Position numbers and translations under genes: made by a program. A stretch of 64,000 nt of DNA from Candidatus Zipacnadia bacterium (GTDB lineage Bacteria; Armatimonadota; Zipacnadia; Zipacnadales; Zipacnadaceae). The notes under the pieces were generated by a model. That model was not told the origin of the DNA and did no database searches. It saw only the letters and a program-made list of their open reading frames with translations. The stretch lies in NCBI GenBank assembly GCA_029820565.1, contig JALGUR010000003.1, positions 67,304 to 131,303 on the forward strand, given 5' to 3'. Positions 44,149 to 53,086 of the stretch are shown one piece after another. The stretch's first letter is position 1. Each line of letters begins with the position of its first letter.

Positions 44149-44565
44149 CTACACCTCCCAGACGGGCTCCTCGTCATAGCCCCCGCCCGGCTCTTCCAGG
44201 CTCTGGAAGATGCGCTCGACGAAAGTGAGCAACTCCCGAGGGTTAAATGGCTTGGTCAGATATGAACTGACTCCCGAGGACCAGCCCTTGAATATATCGG
44301 CGTCCTGGGCCTTAGCCGTAAGCATTATTATCGGAATGTCTTTGGTGGCGTCATCAGCCTGGAGTTTCTTAAGCACCTCAAAACCGTCCATGCGGGGCAT
44401 CATAACGTCTAAGATAAGCATATCTGGTCTCTCTTGGGCCAGCATCTCCAGAGCCTCTATCCCATCGTAAGCCACGGCCACCTCGTAACCTGCTCTCTCC
44501 AGGTTCACTTGCACTAACCGTACAATGTGACGCTCGTCATCAACTACTAAAATTTTCCTGGCCAT
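44149..44565 (-). CDS. Single-domain response regulator (CheY-like receiver)
   Basis: KILVVDDE..., DMLILDVMMP and LTAK motifs. 138 aa. Confidence 0.92.
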   Translation of the reverse strand: MARKILVVDDERHIVRLVQVNLERAGYEVAVAYDGIEALEMLAQERPDMLILDVMMPRMDGFEVLKKLQADDATKDIPIIMLTAKAQDADIFKGWSSGVSSYLTKPFNPRELLTFVERIFQSLEEPGGGYDEEPVWEV

Positions 44566-44649
44566 CTTGGCTGTGTCCTCCTTAACCAGACACCACAGTC
44601 AGTGCCGTGGGCGGGGCCTGACTGGCCCCTGGCGTCTCAAGTTGATATC

Positions 44650-44679
44650 ATTATAGCACAATGGCCCTTCTGTTGTCAA
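44650..44679 (-). promoter_or_regulatory. Sigma70 promoter of the response regulator gene
   Basis: Minus strand: TTGACA (44679-44674), 18 nt, TATAAT (44655-44650). Confidence 0.5.
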
Positions 44680-44708
44680 ATGTATCAAAGGCTTTTTTTT
44701 GATAGCCC

Positions 44709-44737
44709 TTGACAACTTTCCAAAGCTGGAATATAAT
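44709..44737 (+). promoter_or_regulatory. Consensus sigma70 promoter of DUF1559 gene 1
   Basis: TTGACA at 44709-44714, 17 nt, TATAAT at 44732-44737. Confidence 0.7.
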
Positions 44738-44760
44738 AACCCTGTGTGAACAGCAATATT

Positions 44761-44782
44761 AAGGAGGTGAATGCTTTCCTGA
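44761..44782 (+). promoter_or_regulatory. Leader element: 10-nt SD AAGGAGGTGA plus mini-ORF ATG-CTT-TCC-TGA
   Basis: 19 of 21 nt are identical to the leader of the second DUF1559 gene (60850..60830, minus strand). Confidence 0.55.
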
Positions 44783-44798
44783 GAGCAGAGAGGTCACG

Positions 44799-44843
44799 GT
44801 AGGGGGGACACCCTCCTGTCCTGAGCCTGCCGAAGGGTGCCCG
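44799..44843. repeat. REP-like element (family of 4223..4273, inverted) inside the DUF1559 leader
   Basis: GTAGGGGGGACACCCTCCTGTCCTGAGCCTGCCGAAGGGTGCCCGG is the reverse complement of the 4223 family core. Confidence 0.6.
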
Positions 44844-44933
44844 GCTTGTCCGCCGAAGCTGGATGAGCAGCGCAGGCGCGATGGCTGATGAAGCCGAGTA
44901 CTCAAAACACACACCAAAGAGGAGTTGAGCAAA

Positions 44934-45584
44934 ATGCTGAGTAAGCGACGTGGTTTTACGTTGATCGAGCTGCTGGTGGTGATTGCGATAATCGCAATCC
45001 TGGCAGCGATCCTGTTCCCGGTCTTTGCCCGGGCGCGGGAGAAGGCGCGGCAGACCAGTTGTCTGAGCAACAGCAAGCAGATAATGCTGGGCTGCTTGAT
45101 GTACGCCAGTGACCATGACGACTATGTGCCGTTCCTCAATGGGCATCCGTACTACTGGTGGAACTTCGGTTGGCCTTGCATCGAACCCTACATCAGGAAC
45201 AACCAGATAATTTACTGTCCCTCGTTCGGGGGAGACCGGGTTGCTTATTGTAACCCCGAGTACCATCATCCCCGGACCCCTGACCAATGGAACGAGAGCT
45301 GGGTGCTAGCCTATAAATTCGCCGACTACCAGCACCCCGCCGAAAACGGTTGGTTATTCGAGGGGCACAATGATCCAATGACCGGCGGAAACGGTCCCGA
45401 GCTAGTCTGCCTGTTCTGCTGGCACTGGGGTGAGTGGTACTGCATGATATGCGAGCGCCACAACGGGGGCGGCAACATCGCCTTCGTTGACGGGCACGCC
45501 AAATGGCAAGATGCGCAGGCGTTGTACGATGCGGGGATGGCCGACGAGGAATGGGCCAGGCGGATGTATGGCCACGACTTCTGA
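44934..45584 (+). CDS. Prepilin-type N-terminal cleavage/methylation domain protein, DUF1559 family
   Basis: [44 protein letters not shown]-terminal [13 protein letters not shown] motif. The ORF is open from TTG 44925. Confidence 0.88.
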   Translation: MLSKRRGFTLIELLVVIAIIAILAAILFPVFARAREKARQTSCLSNSKQIMLGCLMYASDHDDYVPFLNGHPYYWWNFGWPCIEPYIRNNQIIYCPSFGGDRVAYCNPEYHHPRTPDQWNESWVLAYKFADYQHPAENGWLFEGHNDPMTGGNGPELVCLFCWHWGEWYCMICERHNGGGNIAFVDGHAKWQDAQALYDAGMADEEWARRMYGHDF

Positions 45585-45813
45585 TAATAGGGCATCGGCA
45601 AAGACCTGAGAGCAGCATAGGGAGCCGAGTACAAGGGCCATTATGCCTGATTACCCGAGTGATCGGGTCCAAAAAGGTTGCGGCGCCTGGGTGTTCGAAT
45701 ATTGAAACTCAACCGCATGGCCGTGGCTTGCCTTGCCTTTTCGTGTTCGTGCGCTTCAGGCGCATCAAGGACATGGGCGATGCTGTACAATGCGAGGCAG
45801 GTGATAAGGAGGT

Positions 45814-46158
45814 TTGAAAATGCGCGAACGCTTGCTGTTATGCCTTGCCGCCTCTGCGATGGTCTTGGCGGCCTGCACCGGGTCGATCCCCGACTACGAG
45901 AAGATAGGTGAGGAGCAATACTCAATGGGGTCTGACCCGAGGACGGGAGAAGCATTGCAGGGGCTAAGAGTCGCGGTCAGTACTTCAGATGTGGGGCGGG
46001 CGAAGGCTATAGCAGAGGACGTGGTTAAGCAAGTTGGCGGAGCCTACTACATGATAATCGTTCGCATTTACTCGGCGGGCGCCAGACCTGGCGAAGCCAG
46101 AGCCGAGCAGATATTCATCTGGTCAAGAGGCAGGGGCCTCAGAAAGGTCCGCCGCTAG
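45814..46158 (+). CDS. Putative small lipoprotein
   Basis: AAGGAGG SD upstream. Lipobox LAAC. Confidence 0.5.
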   Translation: MKMRERLLLCLAASAMVLAACTGSIPDYEKIGEEQYSMGSDPRTGEALQGLRVAVSTSDVGRAKAIAEDVVKQVGGAYYMIIVRIYSAGARPGEARAEQIFIWSRGRGLRKVRR

Positions 46159-46229
46159 CCTCATCTGCGTGGTGGCCATGGGACGCGCAGTGGCGCGAGA
46201 CGTGCAGGCTGGCGAGCACGGTTAATGGG

Positions 46230-47771
46230 CTACGAGAGGGACTGTTCGATCAGTTGCTGCCTGACGTCGAAGCTTCCTTCCAGTTGCCCATACAAGTGCT
46301 GGTACAATTCGTAATAACCTTCGTACAATTGTTGACACCGCGCATCAGGGGCTACTTCATCCACCACCCTGATAGTCGCTTGGCAGGCCTCGGCGACGGT
46401 ATTATAGGTGCCCACGCCAACCCCGGCCAGCAAGGCTACGCCAAACGCCGGCCCCTCGTCAACATTGATAGTGCAGTGGGGCTGACCGGTTATGTCGGCC
46501 TGGATCTGCCGCCACAACTGGCTGCGGGCCCCCCCACCCGAGGCTCTCACTTCGGTCATATCAGCGCCCATCTGTTTGATTATCTCCAGCGAATCCCGCA
46601 GGCCGAAGGCCACGCCCTCCATCACGGCGCGAATGATGTGCGCCTTGGTATGGCGCAGGGTCAGGCCGAAAAACACGCCGGTGGCGTTAGGGTTGGGATA
46701 AGGGGTGCGCTCGCCGGTCAGGTAGGGCAGGAACAACAATCCTTCGCTTCCCGGCGGCACGGTGCGGGCCGCCGCAGTCATATACTCATAGGGATCGCGA
46801 CCGGTAGAGACGGCGACAGCCTGCTCATCGGCGCAGAGCGTATCGCGCAGCCAGCGAAACGACCCGCCCGCGGATAGCATCACGCCCATCACGTGCCATT
46901 TGCCGGGCACCGCGTGGCAGAAGGTGTGGGTGCGCAACTCCTCGTCCATCAGCGGCTCGTCCAGATAGGCAAACACCACCCCTGAGGTGCCTACCGTGGA
47001 GGAAACTACGCCGGTCGCCACAATCCCGTTGCCCACTGCTCCCGCGGCCTGGTCACCGCCCCCGCCGACCACCGGGGTGCCGGCTTTCAGTCCGGTCAAT
47101 TCCGCTGCTTGGGGCGTAATGGTGCCGGTGACTTCGGGCGATTCATACACTTTGGGCAACAATTCCAGGGGCAAATCAATCCGGTTCAGGATCAATTCTG
47201 ACCAGCGCCGCTGGGGGACGTTAAAAAGCGAAGTGCCCGAAGCGTCGCTGACTTCGCTGGCATACTCGCCGGTGAGCCGCAAACGGATGTAATCCTTGGG
47301 CAGCAGGACCTTGCGCAGGCGGGCATAGTTGTCCGGCTCCTCCTGGCGCAGCCAGATGATCTTGGGCGCGGTGAAACCGGTCAGCACCGGGTTGCAGGTC
47401 TCCTTGACTATGTCGGCCTCGCCGACGGTTTCGGTAATCCACTCACACTGGGCCGCCGTGCGCTGATCGCACCAGAGAATGGCGGGCCGGATCACCTCAT
47501 CGGCCTCGTCCAGGAATACCGAGCCGTGCATCTGTCCGGATAGGCCAATCCCCTCTACTTCTTCGCCGGAAACCCCAGCATTACTCAGGACCATTCTAAT
47601 AGCCTCCACTGTTGCCGCCCACCACTGCCGAGGGTCTTGTTCGGCCCAGTTGGGCCGGGGCGTGGACAGGGGATACTCTACTAACGCCCGCGCCACTATC
47701 TGGCCGACTTCGTCAATCAGCAGCGCTTTGGTCCCCGTAGTGCCGACATCAAAACCAAGAGAATAACCCAC
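46230..47771 (-). CDS. xylB: FGGY-family carbohydrate kinase, xylulokinase-like
   Basis: LGFDVGTTGTKALL N-terminus and FGGY signature regions. 513 aa. Confidence 0.85.
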   Translation of the reverse strand: MGYSLGFDVGTTGTKALLIDEVGQIVARALVEYPLSTPRPNWAEQDPRQWWAATVEAIRMVLSNAGVSGEEVEGIGLSGQMHGSVFLDEADEVIRPAILWCDQRTAAQCEWITETVGEADIVKETCNPVLTGFTAPKIIWLRQEEPDNYARLRKVLLPKDYIRLRLTGEYASEVSDASGTSLFNVPQRRWSELILNRIDLPLELLPKVYESPEVTGTITPQAAELTGLKAGTPVVGGGGDQAAGAVGNGIVATGVVSSTVGTSGVVFAYLDEPLMDEELRTHTFCHAVPGKWHVMGVMLSAGGSFRWLRDTLCADEQAVAVSTGRDPYEYMTAAARTVPPGSEGLLFLPYLTGERTPYPNPNATGVFFGLTLRHTKAHIIRAVMEGVAFGLRDSLEIIKQMGADMTEVRASGGGARSQLWRQIQADITGQPHCTINVDEGPAFGVALLAGVGVGTYNTVAEACQATIRVVDEVAPDARCQQLYEGYYELYQHLYGQLEGSFDVRQQLIEQSLS

Positions 47772-47826
47772 AATTGCTCCCTCCTATTATGCCGTGAGTA
47801 ACCGAACGTATCTGGGAGTAGCGAAG

Positions 47827-48201
47827 CTACTCAGCCTTTTCTATGTTGACTGCCGTGCCGGATGGGACGGCTTTGAGCACCGTCGGATCGCCTTCAATCT
47901 TCCCGAATACCGTGACGGGACTGGCCGGCCGGATCTCATCGCCGCGGCTCATGGGGGTAGGCCCAAAGAAAATGCAGAAAGCCGAGCCGGGTGGCCAGTA
48001 GCCCAGATCTCCCAGTTCAACTACCTCCTGGCCCTGTTCGCCACCCGCGTCCACGGGGATCTCAAAGTATATCTCATCCCCCCAGGTCTGGGCGGAGCCC
48101 TCAATGGGTAGGGCCTCCCAGATTAGGTTGGCAGTGTTGGTGTGATTCAGTTCCGCGGTGACGGTTACCTCTCCGGCGGTTATTTGGATGCGTCTGGCCA
48201 T
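47827..48201 (-). CDS. Cyclophilin-like fold protein (DUF3830-type)
   Basis: 124 aa. The pattern TAELNHTNTANLIWEALP...GDLGYWPPGSAFCIFFG is typical of this family, from memory. Confidence 0.7.
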   Translation of the reverse strand: MARRIQITAGEVTVTAELNHTNTANLIWEALPIEGSAQTWGDEIYFEIPVDAGGEQGQEVVELGDLGYWPPGSAFCIFFGPTPMSRGDEIRPASPVTVFGKIEGDPTVLKAVPSGTAVNIEKAE

Positions 48202-48250
48202 TGCTTATTTCTCCTTGGTGACAACTGCCATTGATACGGATAGCAAACAG

Positions 48251-49600
48251 CTACTCGGGCTGTGGTCGCAAATCATACATAGCAATGCCGGCCAGGGGCT
48301 TGGGATAGAAGTATGTGCCCTTCTGTGGCATATAGTCGCCGGCCTGTGCCACCTCAATGACCTCCTGGACCTGAGGCGGATTGATCAACAACGCCAGGGC
48401 CGACTCGCCGGTGTCAACCAACCCAATCGCTTCCTCAGCGCTGGTGGTGAACAATATATTCTTCTGGCTCTCAGCATAGCGCCCGCTGAGTCCGAGCAGC
48501 CTTTCAATGATGATATTATGTAAAACCGCCAGGTCCAGATTGCGCCATGCGGCCGAGCGCTCCAGCGCGAAGTTACCCAGTGAGGCAGCACCCCGGGGTA
48601 AGGTGAGCAGCGCGATCTGGTCCTCGCCGCTGTATAGTCCAAAGACATGATTATCATGGCCCAGGTCGCGCATTTCCCGCAGCACCGCCGCCAGAGCCCC
48701 GCAGCGCTCGTCGGGGGCGCCACGCAGGGCTCGGTGGCTCACTGTGAACAGCCCGCCCCCAGGGTCCCGAAAGTACTTGAAAGAATCCACGGGCACCTCT
48801 CGTATCACGCGGTGCGAGGGCAGGATAGTAAGCGGCTGAGTCTCCCAGTTGCACAGGAACATGGTAGTATATTCGCAGGGCGCCTCCGGCCATGAGCCAT
48901 GAGTGTCTCGCATCTGGTCCCGATAGTTCAGGGCAGCCTGATAGCGGTGATGGCCGTCCGCGATGATGATTTGCTTATTCGCCATCACTGCCGCAATGCC
49001 CTCCACTACCTCGGGTGCGTTGACTACCCACATACGATGCCCTATACCTTCATCGTCGCTAACCTCAAACAGAGGATCCCGAGGCAGGGCGGAGTTCAGC
49101 AGGTGGTCAACAGTACCCTTGGGGTCTGAGAACAGGCCGAAAATCTGGCTGAAGGTACACTGACAGGCGCGCATCAGACCCAGCCGGTCGGTCTTAACCG
49201 CCGGCCGTATCTGTTCGTGGGGCAGCACCACGCGCTCATGGTAGTCGTGGATCTTGACTGCCGCTATGCAGCCTTGCCGCTTAGTTCGTCCTTCCAGCGG
49301 GGCGTCATATTCCTGTTCGTAGACATAAACCGCAGGCGCCTGCTCCTGAATCAATACGTCTTCCTTGCGCCAGCGCTCCAGATCCTCAGCCGCGCGCGGA
49401 TGCCGGGACAGGTAGGCATCGGACACCAGTGGGGCCTGGCCCAGGGTAAGATGAACGACATTATAGGGACTGCGCACACAGTAGTCGGCGTGTTGCCCTT
49501 CGCCGATGACATCGTAGGGAGGTGCTAACACGCTGGCCATATTGTTTATTTTGTCCGGGTTGTAGCGCCAGGCACGAAAAGGTCTGATGGTGGCCATCAA
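48251..49600 (-). CDS. DUF1015 family protein
   Basis: IRPFRAWRYNP...LAPPYDVI N-terminal signature. 449 aa. Confidence 0.85.
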   Translation of the reverse strand: MMATIRPFRAWRYNPDKINNMASVLAPPYDVIGEGQHADYCVRSPYNVVHLTLGQAPLVSDAYLSRHPRAAEDLERWRKEDVLIQEQAPAVYVYEQEYDAPLEGRTKRQGCIAAVKIHDYHERVVLPHEQIRPAVKTDRLGLMRACQCTFSQIFGLFSDPKGTVDHLLNSALPRDPLFEVSDDEGIGHRMWVVNAPEVVEGIAAVMANKQIIIADGHHRYQAALNYRDQMRDTHGSWPEAPCEYTTMFLCNWETQPLTILPSHRVIREVPVDSFKYFRDPGGGLFTVSHRALRGAPDERCGALAAVLREMRDLGHDNHVFGLYSGEDQIALLTLPRGAASLGNFALERSAAWRNLDLAVLHNIIIERLLGLSGRYAESQKNILFTTSAEEAIGLVDTGESALALLINPPQVQEVIEVAQAGDYMPQKGTYFYPKPLAGIAMYDLRPQPE

Positions 49601-49709
49601 AGGTGTCCAATTTTTTCTTTACACTTGTGCAGCTAGCCAGGGAATTCACCGCCGGAGCGGCCAAATTGCTGAGCGACACACTATAATGGGGTGAACACTA
49701 CGCGGAATC

Positions 49710-50908
49710 CTACTTGGGCGGTAGAGCCCAGCGGACAACCTCCAAGTGGGTCCCGTTGTCCGCGCCCCGGTAGGTGTAGCAGGAGACGAGAGCGCCATCG
49801 GCTAATTGTATCGTGTTGCCAAAGCCCCCGCCCTGGTTCCCGCCCCAGGGGGTCTTGCCTTCTATGATGATGCGGTCGGAGTGGAAATCTCAGGTCTCCC
49901 CGTCATCGTGGCTGAGGATCGCTTGTAACCCAATCGGATAAAACACGGCCCGCTGCGTGAACGTCATCAACAGCCGACCGTCCTGCAGGCGGATGACCCG
50001 GGGGTAATGCATGCCATAATCGCCATGGTCGCGCAGGTCACTCCAGGTCTGGCCGTTGTCGGTGGACTCGCAGCGCAGCATCCGGTCAATCCCGTCGCCG
50101 CCACTGGGCACGGCTCGGCCATCTTCCATAGGATACATCGGGCTGGGTGGTCCGCAGCGGATGAAGTGCAGCAGTTTGCCGGATTGGGCGCGGAAGGTGA
50201 AATCCTCGCTGAAGAACCCATCAAAGTTATCATAGGGCCGGCCGTGGTAGGTACCCATCTTCACCGGTGGGGCCGACTTGTCCCAGGTGGCCCCGCCATC
50301 GCGGGAGACCCACACATAGCCCAGGTTCGTTTGATTGCACGCCACGCCGAAAAGCAGCGTGCCGTCGGGCAATTCCACTACATTGCGGGAAGCCGTGCTG
50401 CCGGCCCTTTCTGGGAAGCCCTCGGGACCGATGCGGGTCCGTTCCCAGGTGAAGCCATACCGTCAGAGGTACAGGTGAGCCACTGTTCGCGCCCGATGAG
50501 GTCGGTGATCTCGGTGCGTTCTGACCAGGTCCGGCCACCGTCGGATGATCGCCACGTGCCGGTCCACTCGCGTAACTTGCCCTCAACTCGCTCGCCGAAC
50601 AGGGCGACCATCACCAGTTCCCCGCTGGGCAGCAGGGCCATACTGGGTTTGTAGGCCGGGCCGACTATGATGCGCTCGGCCGGTAATTTCCAGGTGCCCA
50701 GAGTTCGCGGGTTATTGACGCGAATGGGTAATGAGGTGTAGGTTTCCATAGTGTTCGCCTCCGCTTTCGGTAGAGTGTTACGACGCAGAGAAATGCCGCC
50801 CAGCAAGGCGGTCGCTCCTAACCCCGCCGCCCAGCCGGTATACTTCAGAAAGTCCCGCCGCCCCATCAGCTGCTCGTGGCCGTTCTCGTCCGGTTTGCCT
50901 GGCTTCAC
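49710..50908 (-). pseudogene. BNR/Asp-box sialidase-like gene with Tat signal, disrupted by a frameshift and an in-frame TGA
   Basis: Tat motif GRRDFLKY. Asp-boxes SSDGGRTW, SRDGGATW, STDNGQTW, and SHDDGET followed by TGA (49892-49890) where Trp is expected. The frame switches near 50455-50465. The reading frame continues to TAG at 49712-49710. Confidence 0.75.
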
Positions 50909-50963
50909 GCGAATGGCCTCCTATAACGTCGCCTTAATCTCCCCAAGAATATGGAGTAATACC

Positions 50964-51785
50964 TCACACAAACTGGCTGAGATGCTCCTTACCCTGGGCA
51001 AAGCCCGCTTCGCGGCCCCAGGCGCGGTCTTCGTGCTCGATGCTCAGCACCCCGTCATAACCGTTGTCTCGCAGCCTGCTGACGTATATTCCCCAATCAA
51101 TCTCGCCAAAGCCGGGGATTACAAATCGCCACCAGCCATCGGTCCGGTTGCCCACATAGGCCCTTTTGTGAGCAACAACCTCGGTGTCTTTGGCGTGGGT
51201 GTGGAAGATTCTATCCGCAAATTCTTCCACCGCGGCCAGATAGTCAATGTCTTGCAAGACCAGATGGGAGGGATCGAAATTTAGCCCCAGATTATCGTCG
51301 GGGACCAGTTCAAACAGTCTATCCCACTGACCCAGGTGCATAATATTAGTGGCAAACCAGTTCTCCAGGGCTATGTTGATACCGGCATCGGCCGCTTGGG
51401 CACAAAGCTTCCGCAGAAACGGCGCGGCCAACTGCTCCAGGGCCTGCTCGCGACTCATTCCCGCCGGCGGCAAGCCGCCATTGCAGCATAACACATCGGT
51501 GCCCGCCTTCGGGCAGGCCTCAACCAGGTCCAGCACCCATTGTTGATTGTGTTCGCGCACGGATTCGTCAGCCGGGGTGATGTCAATGTAGGCAGCCAGG
51601 CTGCTGAGCGACAAGCCGGCGGCACGGATGCGCGCCGCCAGACTTTCCACTGCGTGGATATCAAAATGCTGACAATCCTCGGCAGCCCACACTTCCAGGT
51701 ATTCAATGCCGACCTGATGGGCGCAATCAATTACGGTATCCAGGCTGTCACCAGAGAATGGTGCGGTTAGCATTCCTACGTGCAT
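50964..51785 (-). CDS. Sugar phosphate isomerase/epimerase (xylose isomerase-like TIM barrel)
   Basis: 273 aa. The pattern is typical of the AP_endonuc_2 family (FDPSH..., HAKD, SIEHED). Confidence 0.82.
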   Translation of the reverse strand: MHVGMLTAPFSGDSLDTVIDCAHQVGIEYLEVWAAEDCQHFDIHAVESLAARIRAAGLSLSSLAAYIDITPADESVREHNQQWVLDLVEACPKAGTDVLCCNGGLPPAGMSREQALEQLAAPFLRKLCAQAADAGINIALENWFATNIMHLGQWDRLFELVPDDNLGLNFDPSHLVLQDIDYLAAVEEFADRIFHTHAKDTEVVAHKRAYVGNRTDGWWRFVIPGFGEIDWGIYVSRLRDNGYDGVLSIEHEDRAWGREAGFAQGKEHLSQFV

Positions 51786-51831
51786 AGCGTCTCTCTCCTT
51801 CGGTTAGTACGATAGTAGATGGCTTGCCTTC

Positions 51832-51928
51832 TGTAGGGGCGGAAGTGCGAAGCATCTTCCGCCCGCCGTTACTTACGCCCACCTCACTGCCACCACGGGC
51901 GGATGATCCTGCGGACATCCGCCCCTAC
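51832..51928 (-). repeat. ~100-bp MITE-like element with TGTAGGGG...CCCCTAC termini (copy Y)
   Basis: Its reverse complement aligns with 34632..34733. Hairpins GGCGGAAG.../...CTTCCGCC and GGCGGATG/CATCCGCC. Confidence 0.7.
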
Positions 51929-51940
51929 GATCGCGCCGCT

Positions 51941-53086
51941 CTATTCCTGCCAGGCCATCAATATTCCAACTATCTGCCGGACGGTGAAGCCCAGCAACCC
52001 GCGAGCCGTCTGGGGGTCCATAGCCTGCGCCAGACTGATGGGCCCATTAATGCAGGAGAACAGGGCGGTGAAACCGCATTCGTACAACTCGCCCGCCTCC
52101 GGGTCAACGCTTCCCCCAATGCCAATAACCGCAATACCCAGTTCTTTGCCTATTTGGGCCGGGGCGCTGGGGGCTTTGCCAAAGGCCGTCTGGCGGTCAA
52201 TGCGGCCCTCGCCGGTAATTATCAGGTCAGCGCCCTGGGCCTTCTCGCGCAGCCTTACGGCTTCTACAACAATCTGAACACCTGGCTCCAAGGAAGCATC
52301 GGCAAAAGGCACCAGCCCGGCTCCCAGCCCGCCGGCGGCGCCGGCTCCGGGTATTTCGGCCACTGACTTGCCAATGGCTTTCTCCAACACTTTAGCGTAA
52401 TGACGCAGTCCGGCGTCCAAGGCTTGCACCTGGGCCGGGGTAGCGCCCTTCTGGGGGGCATATACATACGCCGCTCCCTGAGGGCCATATAAAGGATTGT
52501 CAACATCACAGGCGACCCGCACCTGACAATCTGCCAGGCGACTGTCCAATGCTGAGATGTCAATATAGGCAATGTCCTTCAGACGCCCACCGCTGACTCG
52601 CGGTATCGGTTGCCCTTGTTCGTCTAAGAACCGCGCTCCCAGGGCCTGAGCCATTCCCGCGCCGCCGTCGTTGGTAGCACTGCCGCCGATGCCCACAATT
52701 AACTGCTGGCAGCCCTGGTCAAGCGCCGCCTTTATCAACTGCCCGGTTCCGTAGGTAGTAGTGTGCAGCGGATTGCGGTATTCTTGGGGCACCAGCGGCA
52801 AACCCGACGCGGCAGCCATCTCAATAACCGCCGTCTGCCCGTCACCCAGGATGCCGAAGGTGGCTGTCACCGGCTCGCCCCGCGGTCCTTCTACTTGCTG
52901 GCTAATGAACTTGCCGCCGGTGGCCTGCACCAGGGCATCCACCGTTCCCTCGCCACCGTCAGCCAGGGGCACCGATATTACCTCGATTTCACTGCTAACA
53001 GCCTTAATTCCAGCGCTGAGGGCGGCACTGACTTCTGCCGCAGGTAAACAGCCCTTAAATGAATCAGGCGCTACTACGATTTTCAT
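51941..53086 (-). CDS. Glycerate kinase
   Basis: MKIVVAPDSFKG N-terminus (ATG 53086). VPLADGGEGT and TGEG motifs. Confidence 0.9.
   Translation of the reverse strand: MKIVVAPDSFKGCLPAAEVSAALSAGIKAVSSEIEVISVPLADGGEGTVDALVQATGGKFISQQVEGPRGEPVTATFGILGDGQTAVIEMAAASGLPLVPQEYRNPLHTTTYGTGQLIKAALDQGCQQLIVGIGGSATNDGGAGMAQALGARFLDEQGQPIPRVSGGRLKDIAYIDISALDSRLADCQVRVACDVDNPLYGPQGAAYVYAPQKGATPAQVQALDAGLRHYAKVLEKAIGKSVAEIPGAGAAGGLGAGLVPFADASLEPGVQIVVEAVRLREKAQGADLIITGEGRIDRQTAFGKAPSAPAQIGKELGIAVIGIGGSVDPEAGELYECGFTALFSCINGPISLAQAMDPQTARGLLGFTVRQIVGILMAWQE

Noticed and set aside
45680-45700. GGTGTTCGAATATTG resembles a tRNA T-arm (GGTTCGAAT).
   Set aside because: No acceptor, D or anticodon stems can be built around it. 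No tRNA was found anywhere in the window by eye.
49890-49892. In-frame TGA at a conserved Trp position, considered as evidence for TGA=Trp recoding (genetic code 4/25) or selenocysteine.
   Set aside because: TGA ends several well-supported genes in this window, including hisI at 16638, the QueE-like radical SAM gene (30831-30833) and the PIN toxin gene (15454-15456). The same gene also carries a frameshift. Trp, not Cys, is expected at this position, so selenocysteine does not fit. A nonsense mutation or sequencing error is the simpler explanation.
51824-52366. A 180-aa plus-strand ORF, together with ORF 34616..34900 (minus strand), sharing the peptide PSVGAEVRS(T/I)FRP. I considered them a small conserved protein family.
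   Set aside because: The shared peptide is the translation of the ~100-bp TIR-bounded repeat. The rest of each ORF is antisense to good genes (glycerate kinase, NAGPA protein).
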